The notes under the pieces were generated by a model, which searched no databases, was not told the DNA's origin, and saw nothing but the letters and a program-made list of their open reading frames with translations. Below are positions 34,333 to 51,170 of a stretch of 64,000 nucleotides of DNA, piece after piece. The stretch comes from the human T2T-CHM13v2.0 reference genome, Homo sapiens, in assembly GCF_009914755.1 (NCBI RefSeq), contig NC_060930.1. The stretch is one strand, 5' to 3'. Both the position numbers and the translations under genes were made by a program. Within the stretch, counting starts at the first letter, position 1. Every line of letters starts with the position of its first letter.

Positions 34333-34572
34333 GGATCTGTGATATCTGGGTATATATCACAGATCCAGATACAAACACTTAAAAGATCTATGTTTTTGTT
34401 GGTGGTGGTCACTTAATGTTCTTTTCCACCTTGAATTCAAGTGGCAAATAATGAGAGACCAGTTCACAGAGCATAAGAGGACAGCCCTCATTTCTGCCTC
34501 TCAGACTAAAAGATATAGACTGTCCAAAATGAAACTGGATGGATGGAGAACTGGTCAAAGCTAGCCATGTAA

Positions 34573-34790
34573 AGCGGTGATCTCAAGCTGGAGGGAATTT
34601 TGTCTCCCAAGGAATATTTGGCAAGTTTGGAGACATTTCTGGTTGTCACAGTTGGAGAAGTTACTGGCGTCTAATGGATAGAGGCCAGAGATGCTGCCAA
34701 ACATCCCAAAATGCACAAGATACCTCCTATAACAATCATCCAGCCCCAAATGTTCACAGTGCAGAGTTGGAGAAATCCTTATCTGAAGCA
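34573..34790 (+). mobile_element. MER20
   Basis: TGGAGACATTTCTGGTTGTCAC...AGAGGCCAGAGATGCTGC. Confidence 0.8.
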
Positions 34791-34848
34791 ATACTATGTC
34801 ATGAATGGCTAAATTAACCAAATTCCAACCAAAAAAACTAAAGGTTAT

Positions 34849-35231
34849 CGATATGGTTTGGCTCTGTGTCCCCACCCAAATCTCACGTTGAATTGTAATT
34901 CCCCCTGCTGGGGGAGGGGTCTGGTGGGAAGTGATTGGATTGTGGAGATGGATTTCCTCCTTGCTGTTTTTGTGATAGTGAGTGAGTTCTCATGAGATCC
35001 GGTTGTTTCAAAGTGTGTGGCACTTCCCCCTTCGCTCTCTCTCTCCTGCCGCCATGTGAAGACATGCTTGCTTCCCCTTCACCCTTCTGTCATAATTGTA
35101 AGTTTCCTGAGGCCTCCCCAGCCATGCCTCCTGTACAGCCTGTGGAATTGTAACTCAATTAAACCTCTTTTCTTTATAAATTACCCAATTTCAGGTGGTT
35201 TTTTATAGCAGTGAGAGAATGGACTAATACA
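34849..35231 (+). mobile_element. MST solo LTR
   Basis: GATATGGTTTGGCTCTG...GACTAATACA; TSD GTTAT. Confidence 0.9.
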
Positions 35232-36038
35232 GTTATAGTTTCAAAAATAGAGAGATGCCAGTAGCTTGACAGAACATCAGTCTAATTAACCAAAAATGTT
35301 TCAACCTAAGGTAGTTACTTGAATTTGGAAAAGGAGCCCATGAGACTGAGAGCCTAGCTCTAAGCTCTGGTAACTCACCCATGGTCCCATCCTGAGACAG
35401 GGCCTGAGCCATCAGCCCCTGGCCTGAGACACCTCCATCCTCCGCAAGAGCAATCTGTACTCAGTTCACAGTGCAATTCTCATCACAAGGCACCCATCAT
35501 GATCACATCAAAGGTCAGAACACATGTATCCTGTTTCTACAGGACTCCCTTTGTCAGAAGTTGTGTAGAATTCAAATAATATTTTAAACACTCTAAATTG
35601 AATAACATTTCTTTTGTAAATTTGCTTAAAACTATAATGACAATTATTGCTGATACAGTGAAAAAGAAGAATGAAGAAAGGAGGAGCTGTCTGACACAAC
35701 AAATACTGATTTTCATTGACCAAGTTGGAAATCATGAGTGCCCTATGCAGAACAATACAAATAAGGACATTAGGTAGGAGGCGGCAAGTGTGTGGGGCAG
35801 ATCCAGTCTAGGTGACCTAAACTCAGGCTCACAGAGAGTGGGAGGAACCCAGCGAGGCTTCAAAGGCACTGAAACATTACATATCTTGATTTTTGTTGTG
35901 GTTTTACACATTCATACATACATACATTCCTATCTATCTCTCTACCAATAGGTCCCTCTAGATCTAGATTGAGAGAAACATGTAAGTATGTATGTGTGTG
36001 TGTGTGTTTGTATGTGTGACTCGCGCAATTTACAGTAA

Positions 36039-36357
<319 letters not shown>

Positions 36358-36374
36358 GAAAACAAAAATTTTTT

Positions 36375-36503
36375 AAGAGACAGACTTGCCCAAGAGCAGT
36401 GGTGCAATTAGAGCTCACTGTAGCCTCAAACTCCTGGGTATAAGTGATCCTCCTACCTCAGCTTCCTGAGTAGCCAGGATTTCAGGCCTGAGCCACCACG
36501 CCT
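36375..36503 (-). mobile_element. Old Alu/FRAM fragment
   Basis: Antisense right-arm sequence. Confidence 0.7.
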
Positions 36504-36534
<31 letters not shown>

Positions 36535-37496
36535 TGCTGAGGACAATAGGAAATTTCCCACAACTTGCATCTGCTTTAAGGAGTCTGGCCTTAATAGGAA
36601 ATTGTAATTGTCCATTTCACAGCAGGAGGCAAAGAATTCCTGGCTTGACTCACAGATACACACAAGACCTGGGAATTCTTCAAAAATGTTTGGAGAGGAG
36701 AACTCCAAGAAAAAGCTAGGGAGCTTGCAGTATGAAGATTTGCACTAAGTGATAATATAAAGTGATCTCATTTATAACAACTGGTCCAATGTAGAATCTC
36801 CCTGAGTCAGCTAAGAATTAGAACCATGTTTGACCATATCTAGTTCACCTGTAAAGCTAGCTCAGCACATTTCTGATTCTTTAAAAACATTACTAAGGTC
36901 ATTCATCAGCCAACTGCTATCACAAGACTAAACAACTGCTTAAGGGAAATAGCTCGGTTGGTTTGTGTTTCTTAATTTACAGGTTTCTAAAAATTGCCTT
37001 TTTTATCGAATACCTCATCTCTTGCCTTCATTTTTCTCTTTTAGATATACTTCATGTTGTAGTGTCTGGCGATTTATTAAAGGAGATCAGATTTGATACC
37101 AATGAACTCAGTCAAAAAGGTATTAGAAAGACCTAGATGGCTAATCTTTTATATAATGCTTCTGCATAGCTTATATTCTGTCTTAGAGCTGCCAGAGATT
37201 TTTTTTTAATATGTAGAGCCTCAGAGAAACAGGTCTATCCCAAGTTGCTCAGTGTAACTGTCCAAATAATAATAATCACTTTAGCAACACATTCTATAAT
37301 AGGAGTGTTATTTAAGGAGGAAAGAGGGGTTGCTTTGGAGTACTTTGTTTCTGCTTGGGAGGAGCACAATTTCTAAACCTAAATATTTCTGGGTTTCAAT
37401 CCTGGATAAGTCATGTATTTATTAGTTTTGCGACCTTGGGCAAGTTACTTAACTTACCTTAGCCTACATTTTCTCATCTATAAAATAGAGGAAACA

Positions 37497-37820
37497 GCTG
37501 GGTGTGGTGGTGCAAGCCTGTAGTCCCAGATACTCAGGAGGCTGAGGTGGGAGGATCGCTTGAGACAAGGAGGTCTGGGCTGTAGTGCGCTATGCCAATC
37601 AGTGTCTGCACTAAGGTCAGCATCAATTTGGTGACCTCCTGGGAGCAAGGGACCACCAGCTTGCCTAAGGAGGGGTGAACCGGCCCAGGTCAGAAATGGA
37701 GCAGGTCAAAATTCCCGTGCTGATCAGTAGTGAGATTGGGCCTGTGAATAGCCACTGCACTCCAGCCTGGGCAACAAAGCAATCCCATCACTAAAAAAAA
37801 TAAATAAATAAAAATAAATA
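37497..37820 (+). pseudogene. 7SL (SRP RNA) retropseudogene, inserted in a MIR
   Basis: Alu-domain ends flank the S domain (GGGACCACC...CCTAAGGAGGGGTGAACCGGCCCAGGTC...GAGCAGGTCAAAA); A-tail; CpG decay; TSD like AAATAGAR. Confidence 0.92.
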
Positions 37821-39037
37821 GAAAGCATATCCTTCAAGGTTTTTGTGAGTTGAAATGTCTTAACACTATAACAATGCCTAGTATATAACAGGCAATAAAC
37901 ATTTGTTTTCTTCCCCTTGTCCCAGCTGGGATACTATGCCGACACCTTTTTGTAGAAAGGCAACATCCAACTCCTCCCCAGTCCAGGCATACTAATGCTG
38001 ATTTTAGACTGTGGTAGACTCAGCTGAGCAACAAACATTTTGAGCTCTTGCACTGGGTCACTTCCTGCCAGCCAGTTGGTAGGATTAGACTCCTTGCAAT
38101 CTGTGTGTGCAGCAGAGTGGATTAAATTTCTGAAATATTTTATCACATCTGACCTTATTATTTTATAAATTCATCAGAAAATGAAAATGTGTAAGTCAGG
38201 AGATCCATTTATAAACAAAAAAGGATAGGTCTTGTAAATAACACATTTGGAACAGAGAATTATTTTGGTCTTGCCAAAAACTGTTTACTTGAATCCTTAG
38301 TTTTGATGAGATATTCATTGACTTCATTAATCAATGAAAAGAACGTTAAAGAATATTTATGATATGCCAGAGCTACATCATTGTGTCTCAAGGCAAGATG
38401 CAAGGGTTCTATAAATGTTTAGGTTTTGACGAACAGCCTTGTACACATGAAATCAGGAGACTGGCTTTAATGATCTCCTTCACCACACCTGTATTTAATT
38501 GTGGATAAATTTGAAGAAAATTTATCAGCAAGTTCTCAATTTTACCTTTGGTCCAATTTAAAGACAGTATTCTTCAATAAATAAACTGAAAATCATTGCC
38601 GTGGACTTACTATGTACAAAATACCTAGCACTGTTTACAGAAGGAGGCAAATGCCATTTCAGGAGCCATCTTGGCAGACATTCCGACTTCAATCTCTTGC
38701 TGTTTATCTCCTGCACATAGAGGCTGCCTCCTGTCCTGGCTGGTAGTACAACAGCAATGGCCTAAAAGGGAAATCTAAGAGGATTTACACGAATTATGTG
38801 GTCTCATCAAAATGCAAGGAGTGAAATCCTCTTAGAACAGTTAAATAATCTCGTGGGAAATTAGCTGTCTACTTTGCTACTGCAGTAATACTAAAAACTT
38901 GTCAAAGGGATTGAAGAAAAGTCCTCAGAAGCTGCAAGTAGAGGGGGGATCATGAAAATGCACTGGCCTGTTACAGAAGGAAGCCATGGAAACAGTAAAT
39001 AGTCTTTTAGGGTCTCCCAAGGGGAGCAGATACTCAG

Positions 39038-39512
39038 TGTTATAAATAAAGTTTCGGTGCCACAAACTAAATAGCGCTCAAATATAAAATTTTCATTTTA
39101 ATTCTCAGCAAGGCAACGTACTTCTGTAGAAGGGTGCGCCTTTACAGATGGAGCAATAGTGAGCGCACACCTCGACAAGGGAGGGGAAGGGGTTCTTATC
39201 CCTGACGCAAGTGGTCCCTGCTGCTGTGTCGTTCCCCTATTGGCTAGGGTTAGACCGCACAGGCTAAACTAATTCCGATTGACTAATTTAAAGAGAGTGA
39301 CAGGGTGAATGATTTGGTGGGAAAAATGGTTATGACAGAGCAGGTAATTGGAATGAGTCAGGGTGGAGTAGGTAATCAGAATGAGTCAGGGTGGGGCAGG
39401 TAATCGAAAAAGGTTGCTTTATGAGGAAGTTAAGTTTAAAAGTAGAAGGCAAAGAATTGAACATACTGACATATTGATTCTTTGAAGAAAAATTTAGAAC
39501 TCATATCTCACA
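39038..39512 (-). mobile_element. LTR10 (LTR10A/F-like) solo LTR
   Basis: Minus start TGTGAGATATGAGTTCTAAATTT; 28 bp repeat containing TGACTCA; TSD TCAG. Confidence 0.8.
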
Positions 39513-39766
39513 TCAGGAAGCACTGGAAGAATTGAATTTAATGGAATTCCCTTTGAGGTGAAGAAGCCAATTTAAAAAGTAATCTTAGCTCAAAGACCCT
39601 GTGACTGTTCTCACTTGGTGGCACAAAATTACCCTCAACATCCCTGAGGGCCAGGCACTTTTCTCACCCCAGGGTGACATTTCCTTCATCCAGCCCTGAC
39701 CTGATCAGTGCTCCCTTCTTCGCATTTCTCCTTCTTGCTCCCCAAAACATGGAAAGGGACACTCTT

Positions 39767-41448
39767 TGATATGGTTTGGCTGTGTCCCCACCCAAATCTC
39801 ATCCTGAATTGTAGCTCCCATAATTCCCACATGTTGTGGAAGGAAGCCAGTGGGAGATAGCTGAACCATGGGGGCAGTTTCCCCCATCCTGTTCTCCTGG
39901 TAGTGAACAAGTCTCACGAAATCTGATGGTTTTATAAGGGGAGACCTCTTTCACTTGGTTCTCATTCTCTCTCTTGCCTGCTGCCAGTATAAGATGTGTC
40001 TTTCACTTTCTGCCATGATCGTGAGGCCTCCCCAGCCATGTGGAACCGTGAGTCCATTAAACCTTTTTTTTTTTTAATTTCAAATGTATTCTTGTTTAAT
40101 CAACTCATTATGTGAAACAAAAATATACTTTTTATTATGATTTGTTTTTTGATTTAAATTTAATATTTTGGTCTTTATTCATGCGTGGTGAATTCCACTG
40201 TTAAAAACAATTTTTTAAAATATCCTGCCTAAGTTACACTTTTTTTGTTATTTGATGTGTATATTCTATATGCCAATGGCTGTAATTTGTTTTATATATA
40301 TATAGTTTTTATTATACTTTAAGTTCTAGGGTACATGTGCACAACGTGCAGGTTTATTACATATCTATACATGTGCCATGTTGGTGTGCTGCACCCATTA
40401 ACTCGTCATTTACATTAGGTATATCTCCTAATGCTATCCCTCCCCCCTCCCCCCACTCCACAGCAGGCCCCGGTGTGTGACATTTCCCTTCCTGTGTCCA
40501 AGTGTTCTCATTGTTCAATTCCCACCTATGAGTGAGAACATGCAGTGTTTGGTTTTTTTGTCCTTGAGATAGTTTGCTGAGAATGATGGTTTCCAGCTTC
40601 ATCCATGTCCCTATAAAGGACATGAACTCATCATTTTTTATGGCTGCATAGTATTCCATGGTGTATATGTGCCACATTTTCTTAATTCAGTCTATCATTA
40701 TTGGACATTTGGGTTGGTTCCAAGTCTTTGCTATTGTGAATAGTGCCGCAATAAACATACGTGTGCATGTGTCTTTATAGCAGCATGATTTATATTCCTT
40801 TGGGTATATACCCAGTAATGGGATGGCTGGGTCAAATGGTATTTCTAGTTCTAGATCCCTGAGGAATCGCCACACTGTCTTCCACAATGGTTGAACTAGT
40901 TTACAGTCCCACCAACAGTGTAAAACTGTTCCTATTTCTCCACATCCTCTCCAGCACCTGTTGTTTCCTAACTTTTTAATGATCGCCGTTCTAACTGCTA
41001 TGAGATGATATCTTATTGTGGTTTTGATTTGCATTTCTCTGCTGGTCAATGATGATGAGCATTTTTTCATGTGTCTGTTGCATGGGCAAGGACTTCATGT
41101 CTAAAACACCAAAAGCAATAGCAACAAAAGCCAAAATCAACAAATGGGATCTAATTAATCTAAAGAGCTTCTGCACAGCAAAAGAAACTACTATCAGAGT
41201 GAACACGCAACCTACAGAATGGGAGAAAATTTTTGCAATCTGCCTATCTGACAAAGGGCTAATATCCAGAATCTACAAAGAACTCAAACAAATTTACAAG
41301 AAAAAAAATAAACAACCCCATCAAAAAGTGGACGAAGGATATGAATAGACACTTCTCAAAAGAAGACATTTATGCAAACCTCTTTTTTTTTAATACATGC
41401 CCAGTCTCGAGTATGTCTTTATCAGCAGCGTGAAAATGAACTAATACA
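39767..41448 (+). mobile_element. THE1-family solo LTR split by an L1 insertion
   Basis: 39767-40064 plus 41376-41448; LTR TSD CTCTT. Confidence 0.9.
40064..41375 (-). mobile_element. L1PA, 5'-truncated with 5' inversion and 3' transduction
   Basis: Poly(T) 40064-75; unique ~230 bp; L1 3' end on minus strand ~40306-41080; inverted piece on plus strand 41081-41375; TSD AAACCT(C)TTT. Confidence 0.92.
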
Positions 41449-41832
41449 CTCTTTCTCATCCCTTCATAGAGTAATTGTTGATCAAAGTAAATGTTTCCAA
41501 AGTACATTCTCTGAAAGGTCTTCTCTTACCCAGTGCTTTGCAATTCTACTGAACAACACAGAGCACCCACATTTATCCTTGCCTAGAGCTATCTACTGGC
41601 CTTGTAGAGCAAATTCAGCAAACAGCTGCACGCCTTTGCTGTGCTCAGATGCCACACTTCCACAGCTTGTGTATGCTCCAGTTATTTTCATTGGAATCAT
41701 TCTTCCTCTAAGCACTTCGCATTTGAAGAAAATTTATCAGCAAGTTCTTTGAAAATATACGGGATTCTGCCCCACTTAGTGTTTTCCAGCAGAAAGAAAT
41801 ATCTCCATAATGGAAGAAAAATGTTAATTCCA

Positions 41833-42197
<365 letters not shown>

Positions 42198-43040
42198 CTA
42201 ATTCCATTTTTGCATCTGCAACTGGCTATTAGACTTACAAACCTGAGAGATCACAGTGATGAGCAGCCCTGACTGAACTGATTGCCACATCCTCTCAAGC
42301 TGAACATTCAGTTACTGGTGACTTAGAGTAACAATTCCAATTTGTTTTCTCAGTTTTGGCATAGACTCAGTTCATATGATGCTCTTGATTGGAATTTTTG
42401 TTCTTTTTGGTTTTCTGGAAGGTTTTCTTTTTCTTTTCTTTTCCTTTTTTTTTTTTTTTTTTTTTTTTTTTGCATTGAAAGATAACAAGGACATTATGCT
42501 GGGAATGGGGAACTGCCAGGCCACAGCTCTTCTCCGTGATGCAGGCAACACTCCAGAGAGACCAGATGTCTTTGTACCAGGGATCATGGGCATATATTTT
42601 TTGAGCTAATAAAACAGACTCTCTGTGAGGAGAAAAAAGGCAACCAGTATGTCATAGACTCTTTCTAGCTTATAAACTGTGAATTACTGACTTTCCCTAG
42701 TGAATCATGGAATTGAGTGACCTAAATTTCTCAGACACTCCATAAACCATTCCAACTGTACGTTCTGAGATTCATGGCTTCACAAGAGTATTTATGCAGT
42801 GGGACACAAAGGCAGAGTTCTGGAAAACAAGCTGGGGTGGCATGTATAAATACTTGGACCGGAATGAAGCCTGGAAATGCTGGGAACCAAGCAGGGTGAA
42901 AGGAGATTAAGTTACTGCCATGGGAAAACTAAAGTGTTTAGGATAAGACATTAGGAAGCAAGGTTCTGAAAACCCACAGTGATAAAAATAGACTGAATTC
43001 TGATTGTTTGGACTGCCTGGGACTGTTATTATTATTACTA

Positions 43041-43369
<329 letters not shown>

Positions 43370-43444
43370 TTAATTTATGTAACCGAATTAATTCAAACTA
43401 TCAGAGATCATTTGCTGCTGTGGCTAATTTAAATGCAGCTTTTT

Positions 43445-43720
43445 GGCTGGGTTCAGTGGCTCATGCCTGTAATGCCAACAGTTTGGGAGGCCGAGGCGGG
43501 TGGACGACCTGAGATCAGTAGTTCGAGACCAGCCTGGCCAACATGGTGAAACCCTGTCTCTACTAAGAATACAAAAATTAGCCTGGCGTGGTGGCACATG
43601 CCTGTAATCCCAGCTACATCAGGGTGTGGAGGTTGCAGTGAGCCAAGTTCATGCCATGACACTCCAGCCTGGGTGACAGAGCAAAGCTCTGTCTCAAAAA
43701 ATAATCAATCAATCAATCAA
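43445..43720 (+). mobile_element. AluS, deletion in right arm
   Basis: TSD TAAATGCAGCTTTTT. Confidence 0.95.
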
Positions 43721-44099
43721 TAAATGCAGCTTTTTTCATATAACCAAAAAAAAAATTTAAAGAGAAAGAATAACCAAAAATCAAAATAGACAAACCAAGT
43801 TATTCTTAACATGACACACTCACCCTTCCTCTTCCTCCTTCTCTTCTCTGTTTGGTCAAATTGGTCCAATTATTTAGACCAATAATTTGGTCTAAAGCTA
43901 TCAGGTGAGGTTAAAAAAGGCAGGTGTCTACACAGGTTGGGGGAGGGATGCACAGCAGGGTGTCAGAGCCTATGTGCCCAGGGTGTGACCATGTGTGCAG
44001 GGTGTCCCTATGAGCAAGTGGCCACTTGGTGTGTGTGTTAGGGCCTGTGTGAGATTAGAAGGTGTCCTGGGACGGGGACAGCAGGAGCAACAGGACCTA

Positions 44100-46660
<2,561 letters not shown>

Positions 46661-47144
46661 ATAAAATAAATCAGAATGGTGCACACAACAGCCATACAAA
46701 GAAGATTCTTCTCTCTTTCAGTTTTCCAAGGACTGCCCAGAGGATAAGCAGAAAAGCTTGATTAAAAATGGGTTTGAGCAGATATTATAGATTAAGTACC
46801 TGGTTTTAAAGACTGGGGATCAAGCTCTCTAGTGAGAAAAGACTTGCTCAGAGCCCAACTGGCCTTGGGTTCCCTTCTCTGAAAAGTTTTTGAAGTTTTC
46901 ATATTTTTACCTCATTCTATTTCACATGGGTGACAATAGAACAATTTGTCTTCTTTTGCCAAGCTATATGAATTGTTCTGCTAAGGCCAGGCTATGATCA
47001 ATCATTAGTATGAAAACAACTTTTCAAACTAAAAATTTTAAAAACGCACATACAATTTTGTAAGATTGATTAGCCCCCAAGTAAGTAGATTTCCCCTTGT
47101 AAGTAGCAAATATGAATCAGTTAGAAGAGAATGAGGACTATAGG

Positions 47145-47390
47145 CAGTAGTGTTGTGGATAAGAAAGAGCCGAGTCTTAGAATTGCTTGGGGCCTAAATA
47201 CTGGCTCTGCCAGTTGCTAGTTATGTGACCCGGAGTGAGGTACTCACCCTCACTGTGTCTCAGTATTCTCATCTGTAAAATGGTCTAAGATAAAATACTC
47301 TCCTGATAGAGTTTGTGAATGTAAAGCACTTAGAATCACAAGTAGGTAGTATTTCCTCAGTAACTATTAACTACCATTATTATTACTATT
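47145..47390 (+). mobile_element. MIR
   Basis: GGCTCTGCC...TGTGACC...CTCAGT.TTCTCATCTGTAAAATGG. Confidence 0.7.
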
Positions 47391-47573
47391 AACATTTTGA
47401 ATATTCATACCTTACGACTTAGCAGTTCCCTCTCTAACCTTCACCTCAGAGAAACAGAGGAACACCCGTGTACAACGATGTCCTTTGCAGCAATGTTTAT
47501 AATAGAGAAAAATGTAACAGCTTAAATGTCTATAAATCAGTGTTTAGCTAAAACACAGTGACATATTTCTTAC

Positions 47574-48282
<709 letters not shown>

Positions 48283-48479
48283 CCTATGTGATTGTCTATA
48301 CTGAAATTGTAAAAAGTAAGCTTCATGTCACATTGTGAAGTAAAAAGCAAATTGGTATACATGCTATAATAATATTTATGTGGAAAATTTACATGAAATA
48401 ATACTATGTATTTTTTGACTCTACATAAATAGATGCAGTGCTTAGAAAAATATCTGAAAGCATAAACAAAAAATTACAC

Positions 48480-48622
48480 TTTTTTTGTTTTTGTTTTTCC
48501 TTTTTGTGGAGAATCAGGTCTCCTTATATTGTCCAGGCAGCTCTTAAACTCCTGGACTCAAGCAGTCCTCCTGCCTCTGCCTCCCTAAATGCTGGGATTA
48601 CAAGCATGAGCCACTGCAACCA
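48480..48622 (-). mobile_element. FLAM/Alu monomer
   Basis: Antisense left arm. Confidence 0.75.
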
Positions 48623-48800
48623 ACATTAACAAAAAATTGATAACCATTTGTTACTTTGAGGGAAAAGAAACTAGATTAGAGATATGATCAAAGGGAATTT
48701 AGCTTTACTTGTGATCCTAATTTTCTATAAGAAAAATATGTTTGCATGTTATCTATATGATTAAAGACTGGTAGTGAAAAATCACATTAAAGTATTTTTA

Positions 48801-49120
<320 letters not shown>

Positions 49121-49949
49121 CATCTTTTAAGCACATAATTAATTTTTGATTTGTATCATAAAGGGGAAAGAACAAAGTACTTCAATCCAAAACACTGAGC
49201 TGGAGATGAATGTCAACATATTTTCCTCTGGGAGATAATAAATGTTATTTGCTTGTTTACTTTTTCTCCAGCCGATTACTAGCTCTGTGTTTCGTAGACA
49301 GTAAGAATGAAAGTTGTCTTTATTTCTTACCCATACACCAACAGCCGACGTCTAGCCCCGCTGGGAAGGGACCCTAGTCCAGGGGGTGGTAAGACATGCT
49401 GTAGATTATCCACAAGCTTTCCCTGAAAGGTGACAATTTCTTTCTTTGCTCTTTTTCGTTGCTGCCGGTGTCACAATCAGAGCCACTAGACCTAATAAAT
49501 GTTTTGTCTTCAGGGCTGGTTGTGTTAAATGACTCTTGGAAGTGAATAGATTAGGCTTTCCCTCCCCTCTGCTTCTTGTCCCTGTGAGTACACATTTTAT
49601 TTTATTTTTTTTTTATTAAGAAGCTAAAGGAATAGAGAATGGCTACTCCACAGGCAGAGCAGTGTGAGTATGCATTTTAGAATTAGAGCAAATCTGTAGT
49701 GATGAAGGATTAAAGCTCAGACCTTTTCTTGCTTAGAGGGCGTGCCCAGCAGCTGACATTCTGCAGGTTCTGCACCAATAGCAGGAGTTCATTTGTAGCC
49801 AGGAAAAGGGGAAGCATGCCCTTGTTGGTAATATAGAGCTGCTGAGAGCCACAGCAATGGCCTCATCTGGCTTGGAAGATGATTTGCTCTTTATCTCTAG
49901 GACATTTAATCTTCCCTTTTCCAAGCTGTAAAATAGGAACGATAATAGC

Positions 49950-50290
49950 ACCAACAAATGTAAACTGATGCCATATTGACTCAGCATTCTTGGATTAAAA
50001 AAAAAAAAACAGTTTAGAAAATGCCTCTGCATTACTCACCGGAATAATGGACCAATAATACGCTTCTTTTGAAAAAGTTAAACTAATAACATTTTTACTG
50101 GTTACGTGACCTCAAAATTCGTGCCAAATGTAATGGAGATAACACAATTTTAGATGCTGCTTACATTTGTATTTCTAAGCCACAGAAAGTTCAAAATCAA
50201 ACCTCTACCTATTTTTGGAAATGGAGGAAAGCAAAATAAAATAATAGTCCATATATCTATAAAAAAGTTAAAAGGTTTGACGTCAAAGAA
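49950..50290. promoter_or_regulatory. Candidate enhancer motifs: ARE/NF-E2 TGACTCAGCA (49977-49986) and full CRE TGACGTCA (50278-50285)
   Basis: Exact consensus matches in non-repeat DNA. Confidence 0.35.
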
Positions 50291-50654
50291 AACACAAGAC
50301 TTATATCCATTTAATTGAATGCCTTAAAATAAGACTGTTGCAAGTTAAAGAGTAGAATTACAGACAACTGAGGATGCCAGATTTCCTGAAGGGCCCCTGG
50401 GAGAAAAGAGAGTGGAAGAAGCCAAAATCCGGGGCCTTCAGTGTGAAGCAGACATAATCCATTCACAATAGGCCTCAGAAAAACTGAACTTGAGGGACAA
50501 TGGCCAGTCGCTTCAGGGGGTCTGGAAACGATAATGCTGTGTCCAGGATCTGGTAGCCCTGCCCCTCCATGACCCTAAGAGATTATCCTAGATTCCTGGG
50601 AGTTCACTCCTAGAAAACTGGGATTTGGAAGATTTGGATTTGGAGAGTGGGCCC

Positions 50655-51170
50655 TATATTAGTCCATTCTCACGCTGCTATAAGGACATACCCAAGACTG
50701 GGTAATTTGTAAATTTGTAAAAGGAAGAGGTCTAATTGAATCACAGTTCTGCAGGGCTGGGGAGGCCCCAGGAAACCTACAATCATGGGGGAAGGGGAAG
50801 CAAACACGCTGTTCTTCACATACCCAAGGCTGGGTAATTTGTAAATTTGTAAAGGGAAGAGGTCTAATTGAATCACAGTTCTGCAGGGCTGGGGAGGCCC
50901 CAGGAAACCTACAATCATGGCGGAAGGGGAAGCAAACATGCTGTTCTTCACATGGCAGCAGGAAGAAGTGCGGAGTAAAAGCGGGGAAAAGTTCCTTATA
51001 AAACCTTCGGATCTTGGGAGAACCTTCTCACTATCAGGAGAACAGCTTGGAGGTAACCACCCCCATGATTCAGCTACCGCACACAAGGTCCCTCCCTCCT
51101 CAACGCATGGGGATTATGGGAACCACAATTCAAGATGAGATCTGGGCGGGGACACAGACAAACCACATCA
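50655..51170 (-). mobile_element. MST/THE1 solo LTR with 132 bp internal tandem duplication
   Basis: TATTAGTCCATTCTC...AAACCACATCA; units 50686-50817 and 50818-50949. Confidence 0.9.

Noticed and set aside
37497-37820. Functional SRP RNA gene
   Set aside because: Many substitutions with CpG decay, an A-tail and insertion in a MIR indicate a retropseudogene.
40357-41348. ORFs resembling the L1 ORF2p C-terminus
   Set aside because: Truncated and inverted L1 ORF2 pieces; non-functional.
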